Of a stretch of 64,000 nucleotides of DNA, positions 1-13,075 are shown piece by piece; the stretch's first letter is position 1, and each line of letters opens with the position of its first letter. The DNA comes from Octopus sinensis (Eukaryota). The stretch covers positions 54,870,001 to 54,934,000 of the forward strand of contig NC_043008.1 of NCBI RefSeq assembly GCF_006345805.1, given 5' to 3'. Made by a program: the position numbers and the translations under genes. Under the pieces are notes generated by a model, which saw nothing but the letters and a program-made list of their open reading frames with translations, made no database searches and had not been told where the DNA came from.

Positions 1-116
1 GCACTAAACTTAAGCATTCAAATATCTCCTTTCCTTCTTATTTTTTGAGAAATTATTATCAGAATTAATGACATTCTCATTATTGATACACAAGTCTCTC
101 TCTCTGTGTCTATTTG

Positions 117-156
<40 letters not shown>

Positions 157-260
157 TGTATTATATATATATATATATTATCTTATATTATATATATATA
201 TATATTATATTTGTGTGTGTGTGTGTGTGTGGTGGTGTGTATGTATATATTAATTTATAT

Positions 261-430
261 GATGGGCTTCTCTTTTTCCGTCTACCAAATCTACATGCAA
301 AGCTTTGCTTTAGTCAGCTCAAGGCTAAAGTAGAAGATACTAGCCCAAGGTCTCATGCAGTGGGACTGAACCCTGAACCATGTGTTTGGGTGGGAAGCAA
401 GCTTCTTACCACATAGCCGCGCGTGCGCCT
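261..430 (-). mobile_element. SINE family A, 5' half
   Basis: Reverse complement reads ggcgcacgcgcggctatgtggtaagaagcttgct...ttcagtcccactgcatgagaccttgggctagt..., matching the full copies at 44153 and 61469. Confidence 0.75.
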
Positions 431-805
431 ATATATATATATATATATATACCATTTTTACCCCTCCGCAAAAAATTCCAAATGATATTCAATTTGCTTT
501 GCGGGAAGGACTGTTTCAATTAAGTCGCGTCTTGTCCTTACCTTCGTAACGCGGAGTAGACGAAACCGAGACAACTGAAGAAGGGGAATATTCCTTGTGT
601 TGTCTGTCTTGTACTGTTTTTTCGTTGTTTGAAAAAAATGTTCGTTTCCATGTTTTTGTTTTTGTGTTTTCGTTTCTCACTGTGTTTCAACGGTTTTTGA
701 TGTCCTATACCCATATACGCATGTATATATACACATAGATGTAGGTATGTACATATATGTATGTATATATGCATATATTATTTATACCATTTATATATTA
801 TTTAT

Positions 806-852
<47 letters not shown>

Positions 853-1277
853 CATATATATACATATGTGTGTGTGCTTGTGTGTGGGTGTGTGTATACA
901 CCTACACCTACGCGCGCGCATACACACACTCGGAAGTGCTGTACCGAAAGTAATGCGTAAGTGGGCATAGCAGTTTGACCAAGTGACAGTGGGGCGTTGA
1001 AATTACTAATGTTTGTTGAGTCACTCTCTGTCTATACAAAAATACTGCACAACACAGTCTCCTCTTACAGACTATACAAATAAGCTATCTTTTGATCCTC
1101 TCTGAACACATTCGGGTGTCTCTGTTGTACCGACTTCTTCCAAGCCACTTTCTCATTGACTTCGTCATCAGATCACTGTCACTGAAGATTGTCACTTTTT
1201 CAGTGAACCGAACAGGTGGAAGTCAGAGGTGCCAGATCTGGGCCCTAGGATAAGTAGAGGAACGCTTATCAACCCAA

Positions 1278-1581
1278 GAGGAGGCGCAATGGCCCAGTGG
1301 TTAGGGCAGCGGGCTTGCGGTTGGAGGATCGCGGTTTCAATTCTCAGACCGGGCGTTGTGTGTGTTTATTGAGCAAAAACACCTAAAAGCTCCACGAGGC
1401 TCCGGCAGGGTGTGGTGGCGACCCCTGTTGTACTCTTTCGCCCCAACTTTCTCTCACTCTTTCTTCCTGTTTCTTGAGTAACACTGCGATGGATTGGCGT
1501 CCCGTCCAGCTAGTGGGAACACATGCGCCACAGAAACCAGAAAACTGGGCCAATGAGCCTGGCTAGGCTTGAAAAGGCCGC
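1278..1581 (+). mobile_element. SINE family B (tRNA-like head) with tail X
   Basis: Head gaggcgcaatggcccagtggttagggcagcgg...ggtttcaattctcag carries box A and box B. Flanked by a 10-bp TSD atcaacccaa (1268-1277, 1582-1591). Confidence 0.85.
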
Positions 1582-1682
1582 ATCAACCCAATTCGCTGAT
1601 TGTTTGATTCGTTTCCAAAGATGTGTGTGATAGCAAACTATCATAGCGATTGTTCGTCGCTTTTAGATACTTGTTCGGGCTC

Positions 1683-2078
1683 TTTACTCTTTTACTCTTT
1701 TCCTTGTTTCAGTCATTTGACTGAGGCCATGCCGGATCACCGCCTTTAGTCGAGCGAATCGACCCCAGGACTTATTCTTTGTAAACCTAGTACTTATTCT
1801 ATCGGTCTCTTTTGCCGAACCGCTAAGTTACGGGGACCTAAACACATCAGCATCGGTTGTCAAGCGATGTTGGGGGAACAAACACTGACACACAAACACA
1901 CACACATATATACATATATACGACGGGTTTCTTTCCGTCTACCAAATCCACTCACCCGGCTTTGGTCGGTACGAGGCTATAGTAGAAGACACTTGCCCAA
2001 AGTGCCACGCAGTGGGACTGAACCCGGAACCATATGGTTGGTAAGCAAGCTACTTACCACACAGCCACTCCTGCGCCT
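1683..2078 (-). mobile_element. SINE family A, full length
   Basis: Head ggcgcaggagtggctgtgtggtaag, internal TG/TA tract and (GAGTAAAA)n tail, same layout as the other copies. Confidence 0.85.
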
Positions 2079-2436
2079 TTCTCCTAATGGCTTCTCTAAG
2101 CCTTTTGATTGCTTCAATATACCGGTCAATGTGTACGGTACGTCTATGATCCAGAAAACCAATTACCATGAAGTCATCGTCATCTCCACAAAACAGTCGA
2201 CATGAATTGCTCTTCAAATTGTTAAACCTTGCAGAAGAGATATGACGTCGTTCTTTGGACAGAGCCTTCGTTTTCGGATCATAAACATACGCTCATGTTT
2301 CGGTCCCTGTTATCAGACTAAAGTAAATGTGTATCTCTTGTCTTCAGCAGATCAGAGCAGACTTCCATATTTTCGCATTCAAATCGAGGTTTCCATTTTA
2401 TCGTGGTACTCACTTTGCACAAACGCTTTCTCTTCT

Positions 2437-2839
2437 ACTCTTTTACTCTTTTACTTGTTTCAGTCATTTGACTGTGGCCATGCTGGAGCACCGTTTTTAG
2501 TCGAGCAAATCGACCCCATGACTTATTCTTTGTAATCCTAGTACTTATTCTGTCGGTCTCTTTTGTCGAACCGCTAAGTTACGGGGACGTAAACACACTA
2601 GCATCGGTTGTCAAGCGATGTTGGGGGGGACAAACACAGACACACAAACATATATATACACACATACATATATATACGACGAGCTTCTTTCAGTTTCCTC
2701 TACCAAATCCACTCACAAGGCTTTGTTCAGCCCTAGGCTATAGTGGAAGACACTTGCCCAAGGTGCCACGCAGTGGGAGTGAACTCGGAACCATGTGGTT
2801 GGTAAGCAAGCTACTTACCACACACCCACTCCTACGCCT
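2437..2839 (-). mobile_element. SINE family A, full length
   Basis: Closely similar to 1683-2078. Confidence 0.85.
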
Positions 2840-3471
2840 AATATCTATAATTTTACACCATCTTGTGTAACGCATTGTGCCAACAGTTCATTTGAACAGA
2901 AAACTAATAAATTGTGAGTCGTCTGCTTACGAAAATCAATTCGACCGTTCGCCAGCAATTCGTGCCAGTAGTTGTAGTTGATGGTCCCTCACTGAATGGC
3001 TTGTCTTCAAAGCTGATGTTTTCCCCCTTTTTTAACCTAATAATCCATCTGCTCCTCTCAATGGTGTGACCTCCGTAAAGAAGCTACAACCTTCTATCTA
3101 TGTTGAACAGCCTGCGCCATTCCATCGTGGAGAACTATATGTCGGCTCGTTGTTTTCTCTTGGAATCCATTATTGTGCATTGAAGAAGACCAATTAGAAT
3201 TACGCTATACTAAGAGTTAATCTTTCGACGTGTGAAATTTGAATGACCTGCGTTAGTTAATATGAAAGCTGGGCCTACTTTTGCATAAATTTTGGTTCAA
3301 CACTTGTATAAGCAGGAATCCTGTGATTGACGTTCGGTTAAAACCGGATATTAAGGAGTTTTAGGTCAGCAGATAGGAAGACAAGATTTTAAAAATAGAT
3401 ACATGTAGACATAAATGCACATACATACATACATACATACAAACACACACACACATACATACATACATACA

Positions 3472-3505
<34 letters not shown>

Positions 3506-3528
3506 CACATATATATATATATACATAC

Positions 3529-3567
<39 letters not shown>

Positions 3568-3650
3568 GACGTCGTTCTACGATATGCAGAAGAGATATGA
3601 CGTCGTTCTTTGGACAGAGCCTTCGTTTTCGGATCATAAACATACGCTCA

Positions 3651-3693
<43 letters not shown>

Positions 3694-4010
3694 ATATGTA
3701 TATATACATGAACTTACAAACAAACATACACATACACATAAATCTACAGGTAGACAGTAAGCTATTGACTGAATAGTAAAGAAGGCGCCCTTCACAACAA
3801 TGAAATTTCAGGTTCGATCGAGCAGCGCGGATTCTTAGGCAAGTGTAATTTAAATTGCTTCGAGACGTCCCTCGATTTGCGTTTCGAATCAGCACACGGA
3901 AACTGTGCAGAGTCCCGTTGGATACATTAGAGCTGTAGTTTAACGACACAGCGTTTTCGTACACTATTACACATACACAGAAATTGCTTGATTGCTACAT
4001 TAACAATATA

Positions 4011-4736
4011 TTGGGTTGACAACTAAGTTACCGCGGTTTTTTTAAATTTAAGAATTTATTGCGTTTTTAAATTTTGGAATCTATTTTTTTCGAGAATTCT
4101 ATTTTTGAATCATTTTGGAATCTTTTTTGTTTTCTATTTAATTTTAGTTAATTTTTGTTAATTTTCAGATCATTAAAATGGAATGTCAAGTTAAGAAAAA
4201 CGAGCATTTTCGACACCTCCTTCTTTTTGCTTTTAATCAAGGTTCTAAGGCCGCAAAAGCTGCTTGCGACATTTTTGCTGTGTATGGAGCGGGTGCCATA
4301 GCTGAAAGAACCACTCGTGATTGGTATGCCAAGTTCAAAAAGGGAAATGGACTCAACACGGAGTTCGTTTGCTGCACGACAACGCCCGCCCTCATGTCGC
4401 CAATATGACCAAGGAAGCCATTCAAACGCATGGCTGGAAAGTGTTGCCACCGCCGCTGTACTCTCCTGATTTGGCACCAACGGATTTCCACCTCTTTTGA
4501 TCTCTTTCAAATGCTATGCGCGAAGTTCCGTTCAATACTGATGCAGAATTGAGAGCTTGATTGGATCGAAATTGGGTGATTTCTACCAACGAGGTATTGA
4601 AAATCTTGTTGAACGTTGGGGGGAATTTGGAAACAACAACTGTGAATACATTATTGATTGATTAATTGTTATTTTTATTAATCCTTTTAGAAAATTTAAA
4701 TTTAAAAAAACGGTGGGAACTTAGTTGCCAACACAA
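4011..4736 (+). mobile_element. Internally deleted mariner, mellifera-like
   Basis: TIRs ttgggttgacaactaagtt... and ...aacttagttgccaacacaa are each flanked by TA. The N-terminus MECQVKKNEHFRHLLLFAF...WYAKFKKGN is fused near 4345 to GVRLLHDNARPH...LPPPLYSPDLAPTDFHLF. Confidence 0.9.
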
Positions 4737-5213
4737 TACCTGTCAGTGTGGTGCTCAACTGCTTATACCATAAAACAGACAATACCTGTAATTTAGAGGA
4801 CCAACTTTATCAAACATTGTGCAAGGCAGATTATGCCTAACGATTACATTAAAGGCATACATCTCTACGGAATACTCAGCTATATACACACTGGTTCAAT
4901 GAATATACCATTCCGATAATCAAACAATTAAAAGATTTCATCATCGTAACCGAATGAAATCATGTCTGTTCTAGTGCTTTAGATGTTTGGAACTTGATCA
5001 TAAGTAGTAGGGATACTTTCTTGATATAGGGCACAAGTTTTGCCCTAAAGAATTACTCTTCATCTCGTATTACTCCAATCTAATCGGCTTAAAATGGGCA
5101 ACACCCAAGTGATAGTGCGGCTATTTTCCCCTCCGGCTGTCATAACGTCGATGTTCAACTGATTACAGAGAGCCGAATGGGCTTGCGACATAGACACCGA
5201 GAACAATTATGGT

Positions 5214-5348
5214 AAGAATAATACACACACACACTCACACCACACACACACACACACACAACACACACACAACAGCAACAACAACAACAACAACGACATC
5301 AACAACAACGACAACAACAACAACAACGACAACAACAACAACAACGAC

Positions 5349-5404
<56 letters not shown>

Positions 5405-5449
5405 CGACAACATCAACAACCACGACAACAACAACAACAACAACAACAG
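5214..5449. repeat. (CA)n plus (CAA)n microsatellite
   Basis: Read directly from the sequence. It explains the poly-T, poly-L and poly-V ORFs. Confidence 0.95.
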
Positions 5450-5689
5450 ATGGATAATATGTCAATTTACTACAGCTGTTTCCAACGAATTTTTAATTGA
5501 TTAATTAAGACATTATATCATTAGAAAAAACCGTTTTCATCAGATGAATACAAAGACAACGACATTCAAAAGACAATGGTATGTGTACCTTCATGAGTCT
5601 ATGAATTTTGCTGGTCATAGAATCCTGATCTATTATATATGTATTATGTATATACATATATCATATATAAATATCAAAATAACCAACAG

Positions 5690-7290
5690 GATATCCATTG
5701 GTAATGCAGTATGATCGTTTCAAGCGACTCTATTTAATTGAACAATACAATCATTACATCAATTTGAATGCAGAGCAATCCTCAGCTGCATAAATACATA
5801 CAATTAAATTAAATTAAAACAGATGGACACATTAGTATAATTTTTCCTAAAACCTCCAAGAAGATAAGGATATAGACAAAGACCATGCTGTCTTCACTTC
5901 AGCTTAGAAGCTACTAAGGCATCGGGGAAAAAACTAGCTTGTCACTGATTTTTGAGATCTAGCTTGTCACTGATTTTTGAGATCTAGCTTGTCACTGATT
6001 TTTGGGTATCAGTTTTAATTTATAGTCTTCTTTATCAAATCTTTGTATATCAAAATCTAAGGCCAAGGAACAAAGAGCAGTGTCTGTTAGGAAAGGGGCT
6101 GAGGCAGTCGACAGAAGTCATAATGGGCATAGTCATAAATCTATCAAGATTAATTTGAAGCAATATAATGAGATTTGGTAAAGGAATATCTTAAATCAAG
6201 ATGTTAGTTATCAGTTAAAGGGGCAAGACTCTAGTAAAACCAATGATGATAATACAGGGAAAATGTTATCATGGGGTACTATAGTTAAATGATTTAAACG
6301 ATATTGCTATATTGTATAAAGTTAAAATTGAGGGTTAGCAAGATGATTATTAAGAATATTATTATAATCAGAAGGATAAAATGTTTGAATACTTTTGAGT
6401 ATATACCAAAATTTACCACAATAGAGGGGGAAAGAAATTACATAGAAATAGTTTAATATTTATTCATATTATATACTTAAATATTAACTTAGATGGTATC
6501 TATGAAGATTGATCATTGGCATTTACTGGTATTTAATAAAGGAGTACTGAGGTGAAAGAACATGCTAACTATATATTAATTAAATTATAATCTAAGCAGT
6601 TTATTATAAGTTGTGTCGACACCGGTACTGTTATATATAAGCTAAATATGAATCTCTAAGGGTACAAAAATTAGGTTTATTTCATAAAGGCTATGAAGAC
6701 AAACTGTAGACCCGGAGGACAGATTAGATAATTTCGACATTTCATTGGAGTCTAGGGAACGCGACTCAAGTCACAGGGCTTGTTTGGAAGCTTATTCTTT
6801 TCTAAATAAAATCCTGTTTTCCTAAATTAGAGGGCATATTATATATAGTTGATGATCTATTCACTTTAGATAAATGCAGTACGGTAGAACTAGAGAAAAA
6901 TAGGCAAAAACTGTCTGAGTGCTTTTAACACTTTGGGCTATCTAAAACGTTAGAAAATAACTATCGATTAGCGAATTTCCTGGATATATCATTGGATCTA
7001 AATGCTGGTTTATACGCACCTTTTCACAAACGCAATAAAAACTTAAGATATGTCAATTATAGCTCTAATCCTCCACGTACAATCAGAGGTACTTTATTAT
7101 GTAATTTGACATTTACGTGTTCTAATTCTATGTCTGGTATTTTTTGGTTTAAGAATATATCTAAATTTTTTAAGCCAGTAGGATCCAAATTTACTTTTAC
7201 AACAGGGTTATTTTTTTCTCCAGATATTAAGGACATTATAGTAGACTTATTTTAGGATAGCGTGTAGTTTCAAAATATGTATGAAGTATA
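5690..7290 (+). pseudogene. Penelope-like retroelement remnant (RT region)
   Basis: + strand remnants at 6750-7090 (..YIVDDLF.., ANFLDISLDLNAGLYAPFHKRNKNLRYVNYSSNPP) match the PLE RT thumb motif FLD..LDL..G.Y.P..K......Y....SNHP. The 5690-5870 part recurs at 24550-24740. Confidence 0.6.
5934..6004. repeat. 25-bp tandem repeat, about 2.9 copies
   Basis: The unit ctagcttgtcactgatttttgagat is repeated. Confidence 0.9.
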
Positions 7291-7292
7291 TA

Positions 7293-7480
7293 TTTCTTTA
7301 CAACCAGAAGGGGCTAAACGAGGACAGACAAACGGATTAAGTTGATTATATCGACCCCAGTACGTAACTGGTACTTATTTAATCGACCCCGAAAGAATGA
7401 AAGGCAAAGTCGACTTCGGCGGAATTTGAACTCAGAACGTAACGGCAGACGAAATACGGCTATGCATTTCGCCCGGCGCC
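7293..7480 (-). mobile_element. SINE family D, 5'-clipped
   Basis: Contains the reverse complement of the family D core ggtcgactttgcctttcatcctttcggggtcgattaaataagtaccag. Confidence 0.8.
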
Positions 7481-8009
7481 TTCCAATATATATGGAGTAT
7501 AGCAACCTAATACTCTGCCGATTTATGCATGATTTTCTCTTTTACTTGCGGATCGTGAGAACCATAGCTTGGCCATTTAAATTTTTTATTTACCTCGGCT
7601 ACTAGGTTATATGCTTCTGATTGCGCGAAGTTCGTTCTACTGCCTCTGTTTTTCGCTTTCTCATTAACCACATTCAAACTATACATTCCCCTCCGTATAT
7701 TTGCACTTGTTTTTATTTGCAATCGCTTGCTATATTTGTGCATGTGTGTAGGTGAATCTGTCTGGTGGTGAATTGACTTGTGTTTCGGTGGTGTGTTTAC
7801 AGATGGTCGATGACCTACCTTTCATGCAATCATTTGCAATGCGTTACTACTTGTACGAAGCAAACAACGATGAGACTTCACAGTGAAGATAATTTATTGC
7901 TTACACATGTAACCTTCAACATTTTTGTCGCTTGTCACAATTTTATTTGTTGTTATTTGATCGATGTGAAAATTCTGTTACTCTTGCCTCACATTATCTT
8001 TTGTCATTA

Positions 8010-8276
8010 ATCCTTTACTCGTTTCAGTCGTTGAATTGCAGCCATGCTGGAGCACTGCCTACAAGTGTTTAGTCGAATAAACCGACCATATTCTTAAGTC
8101 TGATACATATTCTATCGGTTCTTCTGCCGAAACGCTATGTTAAGGGGTCGTAAATAATCCAACATCACTAATCAAACAGTGTGGACAAACAAAAACACAT
8201 ACACGCACACACACTTACACATATTAGCACAGAAACACGGGGAAGCACACACTCACTCATTCACTTACTCACTCAT

Positions 8277-8312
<36 letters not shown>

Positions 8313-8470
8313 GAATACAACGGGCTTCCACACAGTTTCCCTTTTCGAAATTCATTCAAAAGATATTGATCAGTTCGGATCTATAGCAGTTGAAGACACT
8401 TTCCCAAGGGGTCCCGCATTGGGACTGAATGCAAAGCACGATTCTTAACCACATAGCCATGTCTGCGCCT
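8010..8470 (-). mobile_element. SINE family A, older decayed copy
   Basis: Diverged head and tail with an expanded internal microsatellite. Confidence 0.6.
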
Positions 8471-8897
8471 ATATCTTTACCAAGATTAGCGTTGTTGTTG
8501 TTTTCTTCTTCTTCTTCTTCTTCTTCTTCTTCTTCTTCTTCTTCTTCTCCTTCTTCTTCTTCCAATCAGGACTCAATGCCATTAGCCACAAAAGAATGAT
8601 CTCTAATTCGAGCCTACTCTAAGCTACTAAGAATGCGTGCGGCAACTTGAAGATCCACCCACCACACGCGATAGACTGGCGGCTGCACGGGCGCGAAAGC
8701 TACGTTGTTATCCTTATTCCGTAAACGGTGGCTTTTAACGAGTGGATAGCTAAACCATCCTGGGGTACAGAGGATTCGTAATCTAGACTAGGGTCTTAAA
8801 GTTTACCACACCATGGTGGGTTACGCCATGGTTCCTCTGCTTTATGGCAGAAGTGGGATGAGAGAGTGGAAGAAAGTTGTAGTGAAAGACTACAGCG

Positions 8898-9039
8898 GGG
8901 TCTCTCACACCGCCGGAGCCTCGTGGAGCTTAGGTGCTTTTGTTCAATAAACACTCACAATGCCCGGTCTGGGAATCGAAAACGCGTTCTTACGACCGTG
9001 TGTCCGCTGCCCTATCATGTGGGCCATTGCGCCTCCACT
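8898..9039 (-). mobile_element. SINE family B head fragment
   Basis: Reverse complement of gtggaggcgcaatggccc...ctaagctccacgaggctccggc. Confidence 0.75.
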
Positions 9040-10285
9040 AGCTTTGTTGTTGTCTAAGGTGGTGAAATGGCAGAATCGTTACCGCAATGGCCAAAATTCT
9101 TAGCAGCATTCCGACCGTCTTCACGTTCCGAGTTCAAATTCTGCCGAAGTTGACGTCTTTTTTCTTTTTTTTGTTTGTCTTTCGGGGTCGGTAAAATAGG
9201 TACCAGATGAGAAAATAGGGGTCGATGTAACCGACATATACCCTCCCCTGAAATTACTGACCGTGTGCCCAAAATTGAAACCTAATATTATTGTTGTTGT
9301 TTATTGTGAAAGGACGTACGTAGGCGACAAATCTGTAGTTGCTTTTCATCATGGAATATTGATCAAAATTAAAGTGTTTGGTCTTCTTTTACTTGTTTCA
9401 GTCATTTGACTGTGGCCATACTGGAGCACCGCCTTAGTAGGTAGCAAAAATGTTTTGATTTCATGTTATTGTTTAACTGCCCATATTTCAATCAAACGTC
9501 CATTTTGCTTTGTCATTAATATTTTAAATATCCTGGTATTTTCCTATATTTGCCGAGCAAGACAACATACCTACTCGCACCCGCAAGTTCCAAGTTCAGT
9601 CCCAGTGCATGGCACTTTGGGCAAGTGCCTCCAACTATAGCCTTGAGCCGACCAAAGCTTTCTGGTTGGATTTGTTAGAAACTGAAAGAAGCCCATCGCA
9701 TGTGTGTGTGTGGTGTGTGTGTGTGTATGTGTGTACCACCATCACTTGATAACCTGTGTTATTCCATTTATGTCCCCAGCAACTTAGTGGTTCGGCAAAA
9801 GAGACCGATAGACTAAGTATCAAGTTTAATACATTCGATTAAAAATTGTTCAAGGCGGTGCCCCAGCATGGTCACAGTTTAATGAGAGGAACACGTTAAA
9901 ACGTAAAAGAGAAATGTTTCCATCACAATCTCTATATCTTTAAAAAAAAGCCTTCATTGCTTCTTTTCACCTTACCTACATTTACACACCCTTCCAAAGC
10001 CAACACACCCTTATACAAAATGAAAAAATATTCTACCCCACAGTCGCAAATACCTCAGCCCGGAGCGAAACTCAGAACAGACTGTCAAACTTTGATTTTA
10101 TAAACACAGCTAACCACTTTATCAACCGTGTTGAATATTGCATTACATAAATTTTATACAACGTAAAATTTATTTTTTATTTTAATACACAATTAAAATA
10201 AAATTATGAAGAGACAATGTTAGAAATCTCTTGGAAACTACTCTCATTAAAGGACGAATTCACATTCGACCTCTTAAAAAAATAT

Positions 10286-10591
<306 letters not shown>

Positions 10592-11483
10592 ATATCTGTG
10601 TGTGTGTATGTGTAAATATGTATGCGAATAAATATACTGCTATGCATATACCTGTGTGAGTGTCTGTTTGTATGTTCCTGTGTATGCATATAAGTTGTTA
10701 TGTATACATACAAATGTCTCTGCTATTCAATGTTCTCAGCAGAAAATATAATGGATGTTAAAAAAAAAACAAATGAGTGAGTGGTAATAATAAGAGAGAA
10801 ATGGTAGGGACAGTAATACTCGAATACTCGACCATACATGCTCACAACTATATGCACGACCATCAAAATACTTCTCTCACAAACACACACGCACGCATAG
10901 ATACATACACGCATACGTATATATACACATCTATATATATATATATTGTGTGTGTGTATGTGTGTGTGTTTTCACCAATCTACTTCGCCACACAACGCAC
11001 AAATATATAAATATCAATATCCAATAAAATTAATGAAGATAATTTTCGTCCGAATCAAAATTGTATATCCTGGAACAGGCTTCAATTATATATTTTTTCT
11101 TCTTCTTCTTCTTCTTATCCAATCTCTTGTCAACAGACAAACATGTTTATGATTTTTCAAGTTTTATTTCTGCACTGAGATAGATTGAGATAATTAACGT
11201 CATCAAATTAATTTCTTTAATATTATTATTTACTTGATTAAGAACGTTGGATTGTCGGCATTGGTTTTGCAATGGACGATATGGTTTGCAATTGTTTACT
11301 TGTAACTCTTTGATTTTCTTGTTTGTGCACTAATTTCGTTTCTGCTGAGTTCGATTTGGTATTTACATCAGGAATTGGTAAAAAAAAAAAAAAAAGAGGA
11401 CTTAAAATTATATTCTCAAAACTGCGTGGCCTTGTTCCTAAGACAAAAAGGACAAGCAAGACATATCTACATGCTTTAAGACT

Positions 11484-11718
11484 GATGGCGGCGATCTGGC
11501 AGAAACGTTAGCACGCCGGGCGAAATGCTTAGCGGTAGTTCGTCAGCCGTTACGTTTTGAGTTCAAATTCCACCCAGGTCGACTTTGTCTTTCATTCTTT
11601 CTGGGTACTTAATTTATATTAAGTACCAGTTACGCATTGGGGTCGATGTAATTGACTTAATCCCTTTCTCTGTCCTTATTTGACCCCTCTATATTTAGCC
11701 CCTTCTGGGCAATAAAGA
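11484..11718 (+). mobile_element. SINE family D monomer
   Basis: ggcggcgatctggcagaaacgttagc...gagttcaaattcc...gcaataaagaaat. Confidence 0.75.
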
Positions 11719-11759
11719 AATCGGAGACTCGGAAACCCCGTTCGGTCAAAACACAGACC

Positions 11760-12040
11760 ATGGGAATGCACCTAGAAAGTTACCCTCCTAGACACAAGTC
11801 CGGGCAAGGTTGTTTATGGAAGACCAGCAGTTGCCCATGCAACCAGCCTCCCCTCTCCACGCCACCAGTGTTATCCAAGGGAAAGACAAATGCCGATACA
11901 GCTTGGCACCAGTGACGTCGCAACTCATTTCTACAGCTGAGTGAACTGGAGCAACGTGAAATAAAGTGCCTTGCTCAAGAACACAACACGCAGCCCGGTC
12001 CGGGATTCGAGCTCACAACCTCACGATCATAAGCTCGACG
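11760..12040 (-). mobile_element. SINE family C head with an RTE-like tail Z
   Basis: tRNA-like head plus gtgttcttgagcaaggcactttatttcacgttgctccagttcactcagctg, followed by the module that also occurs at 42897-43030. Confidence 0.65.
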
Positions 12041-13075
12041 CTCTATTCACACAATAAAGAAATAAGAAAGGATCATCATCATTATCGCCGCCGTCGTCTT
12101 TGTCGTTCTTCTTCTTCTTCTTCTTCTTCTTCTTCTTCTTCTTCTTCTTCTTCTTCTTCTTCTTTTTCTTTTTATTATCAAGGATTTTTATTAAGCAGAA
12201 AAGATTATTATTATTATTGCTATAGGGGTTTCTGTTTTCAGGCCTCCCTATTTCTAGATGTATATATTTAAAAAAATTGGTCCATGTCTTTTAGAGACAT
12301 TTTATGCCCCGGATTCGAATAAACAGGAAATACGTGAAAAGGACAGCAGAACACCAACACTGAAATATATATAGCAACACCACCGCCACCACCAACACGT
12401 CCACCATCACCAAGTCAACCACCACGTCCACTCCCGCCACTACCACCAGCAAGATTACCTTAACCAGCACGGCCATCGCCTTAGTCGCCGCCAGTACCTG
12501 CGCTATCACCACGGCTGCCGCCACTATCATAACCACTACCGCCACCGCCACCACCCAACCATCATCAGCGTTGCCGGCACCATCACTAACGCTTCTAGCA
12601 CCACCACCTTCACCACTGCCACCACTACTATCACCACTGCCAATGTCAGAAAAGGGTCATATTTGAAGTCCACTAACTGTGAAAGAAAATTTGGTGGGCA
12701 CAGAGATTGACTTATTGATCCAAACAACTCAAGCGAGCGTGATTGTCATCCCTGACCTGATGAGCCCACTGTTCGTTGCGGTTGAGAGCAGAAACCCCAA
12801 AAGCCATTTATCCCTATGACATAAATCATCAAAGACCTTTCTGTCCATAACAATGGAAAGGGACAAAAAAGACCCTTAACTACTGCGAACGCCATTGCCA
12901 CAGGAGCAACAACAAAAACAACTACAATATCAGCATCAGCAACAGCAACAACAACAGCAACAACAGCAGCAATTACCACCTAAAGGAAGAGAAACAAAGA
13001 CTTTGCCTCAACAACAGCTACATACATCATCACAACAGCGCATGAAGACTGTATCACCGACATTACCTTATCTTA

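Larger units (their letters stand above)
962..3190 (-). pseudogene. Decayed mariner (DD34D) transposon split by three SINEs
   Basis: Minus-strand peptide remnants lie in the correct order. MDSKRKQRADI and FEDKPF (HTH region) are at about 2950-3170. LITG.ETWAYVYDPKTK..SKE and VFWDH..YIEAIKRLREAIRRK are at 2079-2330. HTSLETNQTISELG is at 1592-1680. PDLAPSDF and SDDEVNEKV are at 1140-1245. Confidence 0.8.

Noticed and set aside
569-605. agacaa CTGAAGA agg...ttgtct, with a relative at about 62110-62150 on the minus strand
   Set aside because: Stem I is possible, but no GAAA follows the core in either copy, and a permuted reading gives no stem I. At most a dead remnant.
1150-1175. CTGATGA...GAAA on the minus strand
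   Set aside because: It encodes SDDEVNEKV of the mariner transposase and forms no HHR helices.
1278-1350. tRNA-like sequence (also 35499, 51287 and the heads of families A, C and D)
   Set aside because: It has box A and B but no complete cloverleaf, continues into a repeat body and is often flanked by TSDs. These are SINE heads, not tRNA genes.
8676-8706. ctggcgg...cGAAAgcta
   Set aside because: There are two core mismatches and no stem I.
12757-12800. CTGATGAG...GAAAC
   Set aside because: There is no closing stem II pair, no helix III or UH site, and no stem I.
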